Origin: a virus
DNA length: 64,000 nucleotides
Strand: one strand, 5' to 3'
IMG/VR virus record: IMGVR_UViG_3300042923_000307
Span: 5,663 to 69,662 of that record
The position numbers were made by a program, and so were the translations under genes. The notes beneath the pieces were generated by a model, which worked only from the letters and a program-made list of their open reading frames with translations, was not told the DNA's origin and did not search any database. Positions within the stretch are counted from its first letter, which is position 1; each line of letters begins with the position of its first letter. This document shows positions 34,673-44,659 of this stretch, piece after piece.

Positions 34673-34682
34673 GTGATTAAGT

Positions 34683-34901
34683 ATGGATGGTAGCCACAAC
34701 GGTAGAACATACACGCTCGATAAAATGACACCTATTATGCCAAAGAGAGTTAAGGTTAAGCCTGAGTGGGCAATGGGTTTAAGCTGGTATGAAGGATATG
34801 GTAGTGTTAAGAGACAGATGAATAAGCACGCATACAAAAAGAAGCAGCGTGCATGGAATAAAAGGGTAACGGATAATGGTCTAAAGGAGGTGTTAGATTG
34901 A
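34683..34901 (+). CDS. small basic hypothetical protein
   Basis: Coupled ORF. Confidence 0.55.
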   Translation: MDGSHNGRTYTLDKMTPIMPKRVKVKPEWAMGLSWYEGYGSVKRQMNKHAYKKKQRAWNKRVTDNGLKEVLD

Positions 34902-35311
34902 GAGCATTAATAGTGTACAAGACAGTAGCACCTGTATCAGATATTCCTGTAATATTTAGTACGGGTGGTTATACGCTTGTGTCTGAGGACGGCAGGGAGT
35001 TTGTTCTAGACTTTACAGAGTCAGCAACGTCTTGTACAAAGGACACATACGGACATTACGTATTTGAGTCTGTGCAGAAGTTTCTAGACACTGAGTACAT
35101 AGATACCTCTAACGGTGATGTTATTAAGTCGGAGGAGCTTACGATAGACTTCTTATCTAAGTGCAAGCTAGTAGAATCACATTATGAATGCTTCGCAGAC
35201 GATGCGGAGAGTATCCATATCCCATTAATCGTTGAGGACTTCTTTGTATACAATTGGGAAGTACCTGATAGCCAGGTAAAAATTAGTCTTGAAGGGTTCG
35301 TAAATCAATAA
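34898..35311 (+). CDS. hypothetical protein
   Basis: AGGAGG RBS, TTG start. Confidence 0.6.
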   Translation: MRALIVYKTVAPVSDIPVIFSTGGYTLVSEDGREFVLDFTESATSCTKDTYGHYVFESVQKFLDTEYIDTSNGDVIKSEELTIDFLSKCKLVESHYECFADDAESIHIPLIVEDFFVYNWEVPDSQVKISLEGFVNQ

Positions 35312-35330
35312 GTATAGTAGGAGGTAAAAC

Positions 35331-35594
35331 ATGTGCGCGACTAAAATTGTTAACATTACTGATATTGCTATCTTAGTTAGTGACAGGTTATTTGTTAAAA
35401 TAGTAAATGGGGAAGAGATTGATGTAAAGGCTGAGGAGCTAGCAGTGGGTGATGCGTTCGCAGTATATAGCGGCCCTGATAAATTGGTAAAATGTCATTG
35501 GGACTCCATATTCGAATTTGTATGTAACGGTAGTGTATTTAAGAATGAGGAAGACGTAGCTTACATTCCGTGCAAGGTGGTAGAACTTGAGTGA
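35331..35594 (+). CDS. hypothetical protein
   Basis: AGGAGG RBS. Confidence 0.6.
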   Translation: MCATKIVNITDIAILVSDRLFVKIVNGEEIDVKAEELAVGDAFAVYSGPDKLVKCHWDSIFEFVCNGSVFKNEEDVAYIPCKVVELE

Positions 35595-35872
35595 GAGTTG
35601 TACATTGTAAGAAAGAGCCGTTCGATATTTACATTGGGCGGCCTTCTTTCTGGGGTAACCCATACTCACACAAAGAGGGCACAGCCGCAAAGTACAAGGT
35701 CGACACAGTCGAGGAAGCTGTAGATATGTTTGAAAAGTATATCCGTGGTAACGCTAAAATGCTTAAGATGTTAAAAGGGTTAAAGGGTAAGACTCTCGGG
35801 TGCTGGTGCTCTAAAGGGCCTTGTCATGGTCACGTAATTATTAAAATGGTGGAGGAGCTATATGGTAAATAG
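35591..35872 (+). CDS. DUF4326-family protein
   Basis: VVHCKK..DIYIGRPSFWGNPY...LKGKTLGCWC..PCHGHV. Confidence 0.85.
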   Translation: MRVVHCKKEPFDIYIGRPSFWGNPYSHKEGTAAKYKVDTVEEAVDMFEKYIRGNAKMLKMLKGLKGKTLGCWCSKGPCHGHVIIKMVEELYGK

Positions 35873-36221
35873 AGGAAGAGTATTATTTTTCTGTGTAGCT
35901 GGTATGATAGCAACCCTTATTATAGTATTCGTATTTGGGGTGCTAGTACCTTTAGGAGAAGAAGGTAAAAAGAATAAAGCTAATACAGATTCAGCTGTGT
36001 GGGCTCGAGCTAAGGGCTTACGTGTGGTAGAAAAGTCAGTAGTAGTATCACCACCATCGCAGTATCCACAGTACTTAGTAACCTTTTCTGTGGGTGAGGC
36101 CAGGTACACGTTTAGGGCTACTAATAAAGCTGTATGGATGGCAATAACAGAGGGTGCAGTACTAGACGTTGATTACAATACGGGTGACTTAACACTTGGT
36201 TCATTAAGGATATCAGAGTAG
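35862..36221 (+). CDS. membrane-anchored protein (paralog of 34328-34672)
   Basis: N-terminal TM and shared C-terminal pattern. Confidence 0.6.
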   Translation: MVNRGRVLFFCVAGMIATLIIVFVFGVLVPLGEEGKKNKANTDSAVWARAKGLRVVEKSVVVSPPSQYPQYLVTFSVGEARYTFRATNKAVWMAITEGAVLDVDYNTGDLTLGSLRISE

Positions 36222-36232
36222 GAGGTTTAGAT

Positions 36233-36616
36233 ATGAGTAACAAATTTATAAATGCTCAGTATTCAACAAATAATGTGGATGTAGGTGTATACACAATTAA
36301 GACAGACGAAAAAGTAGCTGCGAGACCAGTAGTGGCACTAATGATACCTAGAATGGAAGGTAATTATAATAAAGGTTTATTTGAGTGCGCAGTAAACACT
36401 CTGTCAGACGCAGCCTCTGCCTTACGATATAACAAAAAGGGTTACGAGTCTAACCAGACGGAGCATGGTATAGACGAGGACCTTCAACGTATTGTTAAGA
36501 CTATGACTGCGACATTACAATACATTGTTAACTCTACTTCATGGCGTACAGGTGAGTACCACGTTTTTGATAGAGCTGAAATTGAAAATAGACTTAGGGG
36601 GTTGTCACATGGATAA
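36233..36616 (+). CDS. hypothetical protein
   Basis: AGGAGG RBS. Confidence 0.6.
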   Translation: MSNKFINAQYSTNNVDVGVYTIKTDEKVAARPVVALMIPRMEGNYNKGLFECAVNTLSDAASALRYNKKGYESNQTEHGIDEDLQRIVKTMTATLQYIVNSTSWRTGEYHVFDRAEIENRLRGLSHG

Positions 36617-37700
36617 CGTAACTACTGATGAAACCGCATATGTAGATAAGAAGTACAAGTGGGCTGTTTATATGGGGAGGTTTCAACCATTCCATGATGG
36701 TCATATGAATGTACTCAATGAGGCATTTAAGGTAGCAGAAAAGGTTATACTTCTTATAGGTGGACAAGATAAGGCACGGCAGGTTAAGAACCCTTGGACT
36801 TACTTCGAAAGAATGACTATGGTACTAAACTCCGTTCCGTACGAATATACAGAAAACTTATTCGTAGCAGGAATACACGACCATCCGTATAGTGATACAG
36901 ATTGGGCGTCGGAGGTTAGGTCTATAGTCAAGTACAACACAGAAGAAGAAGACTCTATAGCTCTTGTCGGTCATCAAAAGGATGCTAGCTCATACTACCT
37001 AGGGTTGTTTCCTGACTGGGAATACGTAGAAGTTGGTAACTACAAGAATATTGATGCTACAACTATTCGCGATATATACTTTAATCATGGTCATGTAAAT
37101 ATGGTAACATGCGTACCTAACGGAACAGCGGCTATAATGACTAGGTTCTTAAGCACTTCGACTTATTCACACCTAGTAGAGGAGTTTAAGTTCTTAAAGC
37201 AGCATAAGGCTGCGTGGTCAGGTACGCCATTTCCTAATGTGTTCGTAACAGTAGATATCGCTGCTATATGCGACGATAGAATACTGCTTATTAAACGTGG
37301 TGGTCAACCTGGTAAAGGGTTAACGGCTCTACCTGGTGGTTATATAGATGTAAACGAACGTATCGTAGAATCAGCTCGTAGGGAGTTAGAAGAAGAAACT
37401 ACAATGCACTTCTCACCTGGAGCATTCGAACAACATTGTATAGCTAACAAGGTGTTTGACCACCCACAGCGTTCTCAGATTGGTAGAGGTATAACACATC
37501 TATTTGTGCTTGACCTTGACGACACATCTGCTAACTTATACGCAACAGCAGCTGACGATGCAGCTAGTCTATCATGGATACCACTATACGAATTGGAGCA
37601 GAGACGCTCCCTATTCAGTGGCGACCACTACTACATGGCACTATACGCTAAAGAGCAGTACTACAAGAATAAAGTCAAGGAGGCTACAATATGCGATTAG
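36609..37700 (+). CDS. nadM: bifunctional NMN adenylyltransferase / Nudix hydrolase (NadM-Nudix, NatV-like)
   Basis: GRFQPFHDGH (HxGH), NPWTYFER, GHQKDASSYYL, Nudix box GGYIDVNERIVESARRELEEET; start at ATG 36609. Confidence 0.92.
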   Translation: MDNVTTDETAYVDKKYKWAVYMGRFQPFHDGHMNVLNEAFKVAEKVILLIGGQDKARQVKNPWTYFERMTMVLNSVPYEYTENLFVAGIHDHPYSDTDWASEVRSIVKYNTEEEDSIALVGHQKDASSYYLGLFPDWEYVEVGNYKNIDATTIRDIYFNHGHVNMVTCVPNGTAAIMTRFLSTSTYSHLVEEFKFLKQHKAAWSGTPFPNVFVTVDIAAICDDRILLIKRGGQPGKGLTALPGGYIDVNERIVESARRELEEETTMHFSPGAFEQHCIANKVFDHPQRSQIGRGITHLFVLDLDDTSANLYATAADDAASLSWIPLYELEQRRSLFSGDHYYMALYAKEQYYKNKVKEATICD

Positions 37701-38020
37701 AGGTAATGACGTCACTTATTAACCAAATAATGGATATGGACAACAGAAGTATAGAGCAGCGTGTGATTAAGACTGGTGAGGAATATGGTGAAATGTGCGA
37801 AGCTGTATGCTCTGCGACTGGTGCCATAGGTTGTGGTTATAAGGGAAAGACAATGGACGATGTAGTAGAGGAATCATGGGATACAATAATCTGCGCATTA
37901 TCTGTAGCTTTACAGGCTAAACCTGATATGACTCCTAAAGAACATAAGGAAGTTTTCATGCGTAAGTTAATTAAATGGGAACAAAAAGTAAAAGAAGGGC
38001 AGGCGGTTAATAATGCATAA
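37691..38020 (+). CDS. MazG-like nucleotide pyrophosphohydrolase
   Basis: KTGEEYGEMCEA...EESWD pattern (EExxE...ExxD). Confidence 0.75.
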   Translation: MRLEVMTSLINQIMDMDNRSIEQRVIKTGEEYGEMCEAVCSATGAIGCGYKGKTMDDVVEESWDTIICALSVALQAKPDMTPKEHKEVFMRKLIKWEQKVKEGQAVNNA

Positions 38021-39410
38021 CTTATTTACAAATCTTATTTTGAATACTGATAGTTACAAGGCGAGTCATTACCTACAGTACCCACCTATGGTAAGTGGGT
38101 TAATGAGCTACATCGAAGCTAGGGGTAATGGTCAACGTAAGACGACGTTCTTTGGTTTGCAGATGTTTCTCATTGAATACCTATCTAAACCTATAACTCA
38201 GGCTGATATAGATATAGCTGAGCCTATATTCTTAGCGCATGGTGAACCTTTTAATCGCGCTGGATGGGAGTATATCCTTAATAAGCACAACGGTTATATG
38301 CCTGTACGTATAAAAGCAGTACCAGAAGGACGTAGAGTACCTACAGGAAACGTCCTAGTTACTGTTGAGTCCACCGACCCTCACGTATTCTGGGTTGTTA
38401 ACTACTTAGAGACTGCGCTGCTACGTGCCGTTTGGTATCCAACAACTGTGTGCTCTATTAGTCGTGAAATCAAGGACTTGGTATCACAATTCTTACGTGA
38501 TACATCAGAGAACACGGAGCCTGAAAGCCTGTTTAAGTTACATGATTTTGGTTCTCGTGGTGTAAGCAGCCGTGAAAGCGCTGGTATTGGGGGTATTTCC
38601 CACCTTGTAAACTTCATGGGTACAGACACCATTGAGGGGATTATTGCGGGTAAGGTATACTACGGATGCGATATGGCTGGGTTCTCAATTCCTGCGGCAG
38701 AGCACAGCACAATTACGTCATGGGGTAAATCTCACGAAGCCGACGCATACCGTAACATGGTTAAGCAGTTCGGTGGAAAAGGTAAACTCGTTGCGGTTGT
38801 TAGCGATAGCTACAACATATTCAATGCGTGTGAGCGTATTTGGGGAGAAGAGTTGCGCCAAGAAGTTATCGATAGCGGCGCTACTGTTGTAGTTCGTCCA
38901 GATTCAGGAGACCCTGTAACTGTTGTCCTTAAATGTACTGAAATTCTAGGAGATAAGTTCGGTTATACTACCAATGCTAAAGGTTACAAAGTACTAAAAC
39001 ATGTACGTGTTATCCAAGGTGATGGTATTGACAACCCTATGATTTATGACATTCTATCCACGCTTAAACGTAATGGTTGGAGTGCGGAAAACGTAGCATT
39101 TGGTATGGGTGGCGCGTTACTACAACACCCTAACCGTGATACTTACAGTTTCGCTATGAAATGCTGCGCCATCCGTAAAGATGGTGTTTGGCAGGATGTG
39201 TATAAAGACCCCGCTACTGACTCACGTAAGAAGTCCAAGGCAGGAAGAATTTCGCTGTACGAAGATGTAGATGGAGGTTTACACTCTGAAAAGATTGACA
39301 CTGTTGAGGCAGTAGACCAGTTAACTGAGGTACTAGTACCTGTATTTGAGAACGGTAAAATACTTAAGCTATATACCTTCGATGAGGTACGTAAAAACAG
39401 CCAAGCGTAA
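38013..39410 (+). CDS. nadV: nicotinamide phosphoribosyltransferase (NAMPT)
   Basis: TDSYKASH, LHDFGSRG, SIPAAEHS, VVSDSY, VRPDSGDP, IQGDG, FGMGGALL, KKSKAG. Confidence 0.95.
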   Translation: MHNLFTNLILNTDSYKASHYLQYPPMVSGLMSYIEARGNGQRKTTFFGLQMFLIEYLSKPITQADIDIAEPIFLAHGEPFNRAGWEYILNKHNGYMPVRIKAVPEGRRVPTGNVLVTVESTDPHVFWVVNYLETALLRAVWYPTTVCSISREIKDLVSQFLRDTSENTEPESLFKLHDFGSRGVSSRESAGIGGISHLVNFMGTDTIEGIIAGKVYYGCDMAGFSIPAAEHSTITSWGKSHEADAYRNMVKQFGGKGKLVAVVSDSYNIFNACERIWGEELRQEVIDSGATVVVRPDSGDPVTVVLKCTEILGDKFGYTTNAKGYKVLKHVRVIQGDGIDNPMIYDILSTLKRNGWSAENVAFGMGGALLQHPNRDTYSFAMKCCAIRKDGVWQDVYKDPATDSRKKSKAGRISLYEDVDGGLHSEKIDTVEAVDQLTEVLVPVFENGKILKLYTFDEVRKNSQA

Positions 39411-39423
39411 TTTAAACGAACGC

Positions 39424-39514
39424 TAAGGGGTCTAGAAGAGGACTTATGATTGAGTGTAATAGTTTGTACTAATGTGTTTACTATGTATCAACCACGAGCT
39501 TTCTAGACCCCTTA
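39424..39514 (+). other. long intergenic hairpin
   Basis: taaggggtctagaa / ttctagacccctta perfect 14-bp stem with further imperfect inner pairing. Confidence 0.7.
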
Positions 39515-39549
39515 AAATTAAAATTATAAAAATACGGAGGATGATTTTC

Positions 39550-40068
39550 ATGTCAAACGCAAGCATCGCTAACACAGTAAGGGACGCAATTCACTTAGCC
39601 AACGTTAAGAGTAATGAAGCTAGAGCACGTAATTTGGATGTAGTAATACGTGCCCAAGGCAGTAGGGTTGTAGCAACCCTTAAAACAAAGTTTGGTATTC
39701 CACGTGTAGTAGGTGAGGGTGTAGCCGTTTGCCATTCACACGACCAATTCAACTTAAACGTCGGTGAGGCTATTGCTATTCTACGAGCTTTAGGTGAAGA
39801 AGTCCCTGAATTTCTCACTAATTCCCCATTAGCTAATGTTAACAGACCTACTGTGCAGAACACAGCACCAGCATTCGAAGTTAGAGGACCTAAAGTAGGT
39901 TTCCCTGGCGATGTAGCACCTGCAGGACTGAGTGGTGCCACTATGGCTCCTGTTACCAAAGCACAGTTAGACGCAATATTCGATGAGTTTGGTGGAGACG
40001 CTGATAAGCTAGCTACCGCATTAATCCACTTGCGCAGGTACGTTATAGATAACGTAGCATTAAGATAA
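39550..40068 (+). CDS. hypothetical protein
   Basis: GGAGG RBS; GVAVCHSHDQFNLNVGEAIAILRA motif common in phage proteins. Confidence 0.65.
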   Translation: MSNASIANTVRDAIHLANVKSNEARARNLDVVIRAQGSRVVATLKTKFGIPRVVGEGVAVCHSHDQFNLNVGEAIAILRALGEEVPEFLTNSPLANVNRPTVQNTAPAFEVRGPKVGFPGDVAPAGLSGATMAPVTKAQLDAIFDEFGGDADKLATALIHLRRYVIDNVALR

Positions 40069-40248
40069 ATGGCAGATATAACGATGTGTTTAGACGCAGA
40101 GTGTCCTCAGAAGAAGACTTGCTATAGAGCTAACGCTACTATTAATGAGCACATGCAATCCTACTTCTCTGAGAAGGTACGTACAAACGAAGGTTGTAGG
40201 CATTACTGGCACGACACGCTTACGTACAAACGTAGTAAACGCAAGTAG
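40069..40248 (+). CDS. small Cys-rich protein (59 aa, not in ORF track)
   Basis: MADITMCLDAECPQKKTCYRA...QSYF...C..YW; followed by terminator 40253-40280. Confidence 0.6.
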   Translation: MADITMCLDAECPQKKTCYRANATINEHMQSYFSEKVRTNEGCRHYWHDTLTYKRSKRK

Positions 40249-40292
40249 CTAAGGAGGGTGTAAAAGCCCTCCATTTTTTTAGCATAAAACAG

Positions 40293-40311
40293 TGGTATAA
40301 GTATATTAGAG
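40293..40311 (+). promoter_or_regulatory. class-A promoter variant
   Basis: tggtataagtatattagag. Confidence 0.6.
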
Positions 40312-41027
40312 TGATTAATTTAGCAAAGAAAAGAGGTAATATTTTGAACATCACTGTAAGACACAGAACTAAGGTTGATGTACTAAGGAAACAACCTGAG
40401 TCGGTAAGTAGATTCGGAATAGTAGCACAAGAGATTAATAGGATTCTGTATCGTCATGGTTACGAGATGATTAGCGCAGTACCAAAAGGCTCACTCGAAA
40501 TGGATATGGCCTATATAGACATAGACAGTCAAGAGCTGTTCGACAACCCTGCGGGCTACCCCTTAGAGTTGCAGATGGGATTGTACGAAGTTGACACCCT
40601 AGACATCGAAATTGAGGATGACGAGGTCGTACGTTCAGAGTTTAAGGAGCTAGACATGGATGCTGAGTTCCATTATCAGACATTTGGGTGGGCAGAGGAG
40701 CTGTTGGCTATGTGGAGATTAGCTTCTAGGGCGTCTAATATATCATTGAAGCAGATACGTATAGCGTTAAACTCCGTAGCGGGTATACATAATTCTGCGC
40801 ATATACAGTTTATAAAAGATAGTGATACAAACCCTAAACTAGAGACGATAATATTGAAGACTGTGGACGGATTCATGTCTGCCTGCGAAGATATGGATGA
40901 CTTAGGTGTAGACGTGGCTAATGTGCTAATAAATAAGCCCATACCCAGGTCTAAGTCTACTATCCCAATTTCGTATACTATTAACCCTGGTAAGTACATT
41001 AATATGAAAGTTCGTGACATGGGTTAA
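40311..41027 (+). CDS. hypothetical protein (start uncertain)
   Basis: 238-aa ORF, followed by bidirectional terminator 41031-41059. Confidence 0.6.
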   Translation: MINLAKKRGNILNITVRHRTKVDVLRKQPESVSRFGIVAQEINRILYRHGYEMISAVPKGSLEMDMAYIDIDSQELFDNPAGYPLELQMGLYEVDTLDIEIEDDEVVRSEFKELDMDAEFHYQTFGWAEELLAMWRLASRASNISLKQIRIALNSVAGIHNSAHIQFIKDSDTNPKLETIILKTVDGFMSACEDMDDLGVDVANVLINKPIPRSKSTIPISYTINPGKYINMKVRDMG

Positions 41028-41062
41028 CGTAAAAAAGAGAGGACAAGTCGCCTCTCTTTAAT

Positions 41063-41842
41063 CTAACGTATACCAGCAGCTCTTTTGAACTGGTCTATAT
41101 TTTCATAGACTACTGTACCCCATTGCTCTTTCTTACCACACAACTCTATTACAGGACAACCTGTAAACTGAGGTTTGTAACCTCTGTCGGATGCGTAACC
41201 ACCCCAAGCTAAAAAGCTTCCTGCTTGTACATGGAGCATCTCCCTCACCATCCACTTCTTGGTAAAGCGGTTTACACTGGCAACAGGTTCGCGCTCAAAG
41301 CCATTTAAGTGTTTGTGTTCGTAGAACATAATATCTACGCCCTGTAACCACCCAAACGTTGAGGGCTTCTTAGCGTTATGCATCGTGCCGATTACGTATG
41401 TGTTCTTTCTGGCGTTTACTACTGCAGCACCAAATCCTTGAAAATAAGGCACATCTAGTAAGTCTGCTAGTATCTCTTCTGGTGCCATCTTATTGTCTCT
41501 CATGGCCCTTTCGTGTCCGTGGTTACCAGAACGTACAAATAGTATCCTATCTTTTATAGGGCGCAATTTGTTTCGTAGTTCTTTTACTTGGTCATACCCA
41601 TGAGAACCTTCGTCGAATACTGAACTCTTAGTATGTATTCCTGAACTTTCAGTGCAATCTCCACCGATTATAACATAGAAGTTAGGTATTCTCTCAATAA
41701 GGCTAACTGTATCATTAAATTTACGAGAATGATGATGGCTAGCTCCTACATGAACGTCTGCTAAGTCTGCTACGTATGCGTAATCTGCGTCTACCCTAAT
41801 GTCCGTAGTACATGCGTTAAGTTTATGTTCAACTATCTCCAT
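41063..41842 (-). CDS. metallophosphoesterase
   Basis: DVHVG, GGDCTE, SGNH, HN and EHKH metal-binding motifs. Confidence 0.8.
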   Translation of the reverse strand: MEIVEHKLNACTTDIRVDADYAYVADLADVHVGASHHHSRKFNDTVSLIERIPNFYVIIGGDCTESSGIHTKSSVFDEGSHGYDQVKELRNKLRPIKDRILFVRSGNHGHERAMRDNKMAPEEILADLLDVPYFQGFGAAVVNARKNTYVIGTMHNAKKPSTFGWLQGVDIMFYEHKHLNGFEREPVASVNRFTKKWMVREMLHVQAGSFLAWGGYASDRGYKPQFTGCPVIELCGKKEQWGTVVYENIDQFKRAAGIR

Positions 41843-41865
41843 TTAGTCACGACCTTCCTCTTTTT

Positions 41866-42366
41866 TTACGGTTGATATCCGATTGTCCAATAGAACTCGA
41901 AGTACATCCCTGCTATCTTTGTATATGAACCGATAACTGTACGCGCTATAGCTACATTATCTCTAGTGTAGAGACACGCTTCTTTGAGCGCTATTCCATC
42001 AATGTCTGGTTCAGTTAAATCGTAAAGAACAGCAAACGTTACCTGCAACCCATCGTTACTGAACGTAGGTGCCGTAGCTATAAGGCGTTGGGAGTTATTT
42101 ACAGGCGCTATTAATCCTGTGTCGAGTATTGTAGGAGGTGTGTCGTCCTCTCCAAAACCAATCTGACTTACAAAAGGTAGTGTACTTGGGTCTGTCATTA
42201 TCCCGCCAAGTAGTTTAACTATCGGCTGCCTAATTTGTAGCAATATATTATTACGCTCAACCCGTTCACTAACAATATTATGGTTAGAATCTCGTTCTAC
42301 TATGCGTACAGTACCCTTTAGCTCTACAGGTTTAAGGTCACTGACACTAGTTATCATGTTAATCAT
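41866..42366 (-). CDS. baseplate/tail-fibre-associated structural protein
   Basis: LKGTVRI...NNI...IGFG...LKEACL...WTI pattern of tail-fibre N-terminal-like proteins; AGGTATAAT promoter at 42386-42394 (minus). Confidence 0.6.
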   Translation of the reverse strand: MINMITSVSDLKPVELKGTVRIVERDSNHNIVSERVERNNILLQIRQPIVKLLGGIMTDPSTLPFVSQIGFGEDDTPPTILDTGLIAPVNNSQRLIATAPTFSNDGLQVTFAVLYDLTEPDIDGIALKEACLYTRDNVAIARTVIGSYTKIAGMYFEFYWTIGYQP

Positions 42367-42424
42367 AACGTCACCTCTACTTATTATTATACCTAGTATA
42401 CATATTTAGTCAAGTGTTTTTTTA

Positions 42425-42841
42425 TTAAACTAGATGTTTCGCTAACATAGCGCCATTATACAGCATACTTGCTGCGTCACTTGCCTTGTCAACTTTACCA
42501 ATAACACCTAGAGCCTTGTTGGATGGAGCGTTCTTACCCAGCACCATATTAGCTCTAGGTGTACCGCGTAGTTTAAGACCTTCTCTTATTCCTCCACCGA
42601 ACCTCTTAGACAGTGTGTGTGCATCTTTTAAAGCGCTAAGCCCTTTACCCGCACCACGAAGCATCATGTATTTTCCAGCTAAACCCGCTAGCCCAACTAC
42701 ACCATCAGGAGGTAGGTGCCCAGCTATAGTGGGGAAGTGCTGTGCTACCATAGGAATTAGGTTCTCTATTAACGCCCTCTTCTCTATGTATCTATCTTCG
42801 TATGCTGCATATTTATCAATAAAACCTGTATAGTTATCCAT
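42425..42841 (-). CDS. hypothetical virion protein
   Basis: Gly/Ala-rich, K-x-A motifs, in structural operon. Confidence 0.55.
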   Translation of the reverse strand: MDNYTGFIDKYAAYEDRYIEKRALIENLIPMVAQHFPTIAGHLPPDGVVGLAGLAGKYMMLRGAGKGLSALKDAHTLSKRFGGGIREGLKLRGTPRANMVLGKNAPSNKALGVIGKVDKASDAASMLYNGAMLAKHLV

Positions 42842-42858
42842 GCCTATACCCGAACCTC

Positions 42859-44658
42859 CTATACTCTGATACTTATATCTAAACCTTTAAAAACTGGTGA
42901 CGTTATGCTCGTGGCTTGCAGTGTAGCCTTGAAATAAATGTCCCCAACCAAACCCTGTATTGGTGTAGAAGGTACGTCTATCCAAGTAGCTTTATTGTCG
43001 TTGCTATACTGAACAAGCACTGACGTTGTTGACGTTACAGCTTTAACTACTCTTACACTTAGCTTCTTAGGTATGCCGCCAACGTTAATAGGTGGACTTA
43101 CTGACGTACCTGTTGTACCTAGGTTAACAACCAGTCCTTCTATACCAAGATGTGTAGTTCCAGTATTAGTCCACTCATCTAAGTCCTCATGGGCGATGTT
43201 TTGGTCACCGTATACAGACTCCATTCTGTAAGCGCTTAAGTTTGTATCTTGTGGTATAACGGTTATAACCTCACTATTTACTGGGCGTTTTAAGGTAACC
43301 TTAGAGAATAAGTGTTGTACTTGTGGGATACTAGAGTCACTAACACGCTTACTTACAAGCGGAATATTAGGTGTCATAGTATTTCTACCGTACCAGTGAC
43401 TAATATGAGGCTCGACGTAGGAAAGCTGTTTAGGCTCTGAACTCCAGAACTCCTGAGTTTTAGTGCCCTCATCAAGTACGTGGTAGCGTAAACTTCCTAC
43501 AAACCAGTCATAATCTGATGTGCCCTCTGGATACACTATAGGGTTAACTAGTTCTGGGGCATATAACCAGTGCTCCGACCCAGGAACTTTACGACCACCC
43601 CATATGGAGAACGCGGTAAGTCTAATTTTACATACGTCTATCACTTCAGGCATATCGAAGTCCTGTGCATTGTAAAACATAGATAGTATGTAGTCAGTAC
43701 GTGTAGATGAACCATCCAGGAGTAGTTCCCATATGTCCTGATAGAACGTGTACTGTCTCCAGTCTGTCTTATTAAGGTTTATACGGATGTGTGCTATGAA
43801 GTACTTTAAGAATGTTTCCATCATAACATCACGGTGTGAAGGTTGGACAGCACCGTCAACCTTATACTTCTGAAACAAACCTGGTATTCTGTCTAACCAC
43901 CATGAAGGATTAGTCTTCTCAGTATAAAGCTCTATAGCGTTTGCGAAAGGGGAGTGCTTTTCGATTGTGTCCCCAACGTTGTAAGCTAGGTTAGCACCGC
44001 CTAAGTTGTACCTGTACTGGTCTGTGATTACATCCCCACCAGCAGTATTAAGTATAACCTCGTTACCGTACTTAGCAACAGGGTTATTTACCATAACGTT
44101 AGCTGCTGATACTATATTATGCAGCGTAGGCCCTCTGTAGAATAACTCCATAAGAGGAACCATACTATCTCTGTAGCTGAAGCTATCTGTTCGTTCGTAC
44201 CCGAATGCTGTACCAAAGTCGTCAGCTAGACGAGTACCAGAGTATAGACCTTTAGACACATACATACTTTCTAACTGGGGATACTTTATAAAACAAAGCT
44301 TATGGTTCATTAACCTAAAGTCTACAATATTCTGCAAAGTTATCGTTGGGTCTACATGTGCATCGTGTAAACAATCAATATACAGCCACTCTGCGTCTAC
44401 TTCGAATTGGTAAGGATAATCGCTACCAGCTACGTAGGTATTGGCTAGAAGGTCTATAGGTACCCACGCTACCGTGTTACCTGGGTTGTGCTCTCCTATG
44501 TCTACTATGTCATATGACTCTAGTGCCTGATACCCACCGTTTTTGGCAGCTAGAACACCGTTAGAGTATGAGAACACACTAAGCAGCTCTGGATGCTCAT
44601 AGAAAACTTTCCAAAAGTCAGGTCGTAGGCTTGTAATCCAATCACTAAACCTATACAT
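42859..44658 (-). CDS. putative baseplate wedge protein
   Basis: Follows baseplate J-like gene in operon. Confidence 0.5.
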   Translation of the reverse strand: MYRFSDWITSLRPDFWKVFYEHPELLSVFSYSNGVLAAKNGGYQALESYDIVDIGEHNPGNTVAWVPIDLLANTYVAGSDYPYQFEVDAEWLYIDCLHDAHVDPTITLQNIVDFRLMNHKLCFIKYPQLESMYVSKGLYSGTRLADDFGTAFGYERTDSFSYRDSMVPLMELFYRGPTLHNIVSAANVMVNNPVAKYGNEVILNTAGGDVITDQYRYNLGGANLAYNVGDTIEKHSPFANAIELYTEKTNPSWWLDRIPGLFQKYKVDGAVQPSHRDVMMETFLKYFIAHIRINLNKTDWRQYTFYQDIWELLLDGSSTRTDYILSMFYNAQDFDMPEVIDVCKIRLTAFSIWGGRKVPGSEHWLYAPELVNPIVYPEGTSDYDWFVGSLRYHVLDEGTKTQEFWSSEPKQLSYVEPHISHWYGRNTMTPNIPLVSKRVSDSSIPQVQHLFSKVTLKRPVNSEVITVIPQDTNLSAYRMESVYGDQNIAHEDLDEWTNTGTTHLGIEGLVVNLGTTGTSVSPPINVGGIPKKLSVRVVKAVTSTTSVLVQYSNDNKATWIDVPSTPIQGLVGDIYFKATLQATSITSPVFKGLDISIRV

Positions 44659-44659
44659 T

